In this document: piece after piece, positions 63,342 to 64,000 of the stretch
Layout: the number at the start of each line of letters is the position of its first letter
How positions within the stretch are numbered: the stretch's first letter is position 1
Assembly: GCA_905178155.1 (NCBI GenBank)
Contig: CAJINV010000005.1
Coordinates: forward strand, 674,564-738,563
DNA: 64,000 nt
DNA from: Amoebophrya sp. A120
Taxonomy: Eukaryota > Protista > Dinoflagellata
Direction of reading: 5' to 3'
Made by a program: the position numbers and the translations under genes
Notes under the pieces: model-generated
Told to the model about the DNA's origin: nothing
Seen by the model: the letters and a program-made list of their open reading frames with translations, nothing else
Database searches by the model: none

Positions 63342-64000
63342 CTACTCATGCACAGCTTCAGAGGTGATCTTTTTCCCATCGCCAAAATTGTTCCCGTCGC
63401 GGTAGGACCGCAGGTTTTTCGGGAGCAGCTTATCCATGTCGAATGTTGATGCTTCCTCCTCGTCCCCGCGACCAGTTTCTCGTCCCGCCTTTATTCCAGC
63501 TGTAACTTCGTCTCCGACTAGACTTTTCGGTAGCCTTGCCAACGGAAAATTCTTCTTCGAGGGAACTAAAAATAATGTCGGGGGTAGCATCCGAAAATGC
63601 CGGTTCATCAACAGGGGCTTCATCGAATCCGACAGCGTCAGCTCGCAGCGCTGCCGTCTCTGCTGGGGCTTTTTCACAATCTCCAGCCACCGCTCCTTCA
63701 CCTCCCGCGCCGGCCGCTCACAGTGGTTGCTGATGTAGATCCAAGGGTCCCCGAAGTTTACGTCCCAATAGTGGTATTCTGTTGACACTCGTATCGTACT
63801 TGTAGTCATCGATTTAGCAGCTGCATTGAAGATTACACACAATAATTCCGAAGTTGAGAAAACTTTCTACTGCCGTTATTTTGTACGTAGACTACGTACG
63901 TACGAGGATGGTTTTGCAATGCATAAGTCGCACGACGCTTTTAGCGCGTCGTCCATCTCGTCCGTCCAGGGAAGTCCCTCTTTCGCGTACTTGCGGCCGG
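63342..64000 (-). CDS. Myb/SANT-like domain protein, 5'-truncated by the window edge
   Basis: PWTDEMDDALK followed, after a probable intron, by PWIYISNHCERPAREVKERW, the W-spaced Myb pattern. Confidence 0.55.

Overview
Eukaryotic (protist) genomic DNA with about 18 intron-containing genes, every credible one on the minus strand. Recognisable products are a TIP30/CC3-like NAD(P)-binding protein, a 2OG-Fe(II)-oxygenase-like/Ctr copper transporter/HMA fusion, bacterial-type threonine 3-dehydrogenase, base-exchange phosphatidylserine synthase, eIF6, an STPG1-like PGP-repeat protein, inositol monophosphatase, a split RING protein, an ADP-ribosyltransferase-like protein and a Myb-like fragment. The dominant signal is 28 intact terminal-inverted-repeat (TIR) elements in at least 7 sequence families, plus one decayed copy. 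Twenty-seven are 140-305 bp and one is 1.2 kb. All start and end with TA, all 28 sit inside inferred coding exons, and they are flanked by a 5-bp direct repeat (40 bp for the large one). In every junction I translated, removing the element plus one repeat copy restores the reading frame, including highly conserved motifs in Tdh, IMPase, PSS and Ctr. The junctions I enumerated offer no GT-AG boundary, and copies occur in both orientations. They therefore behave as non-canonical, MITE-like introns (introners) coexisting with ordinary GT-AG introns. The architecture matches what I recall for the parasitic dinoflagellate Amoebophrya (Syndiniales); that assignment is inference. Coordinates were read by eye and gene ends are approximate.
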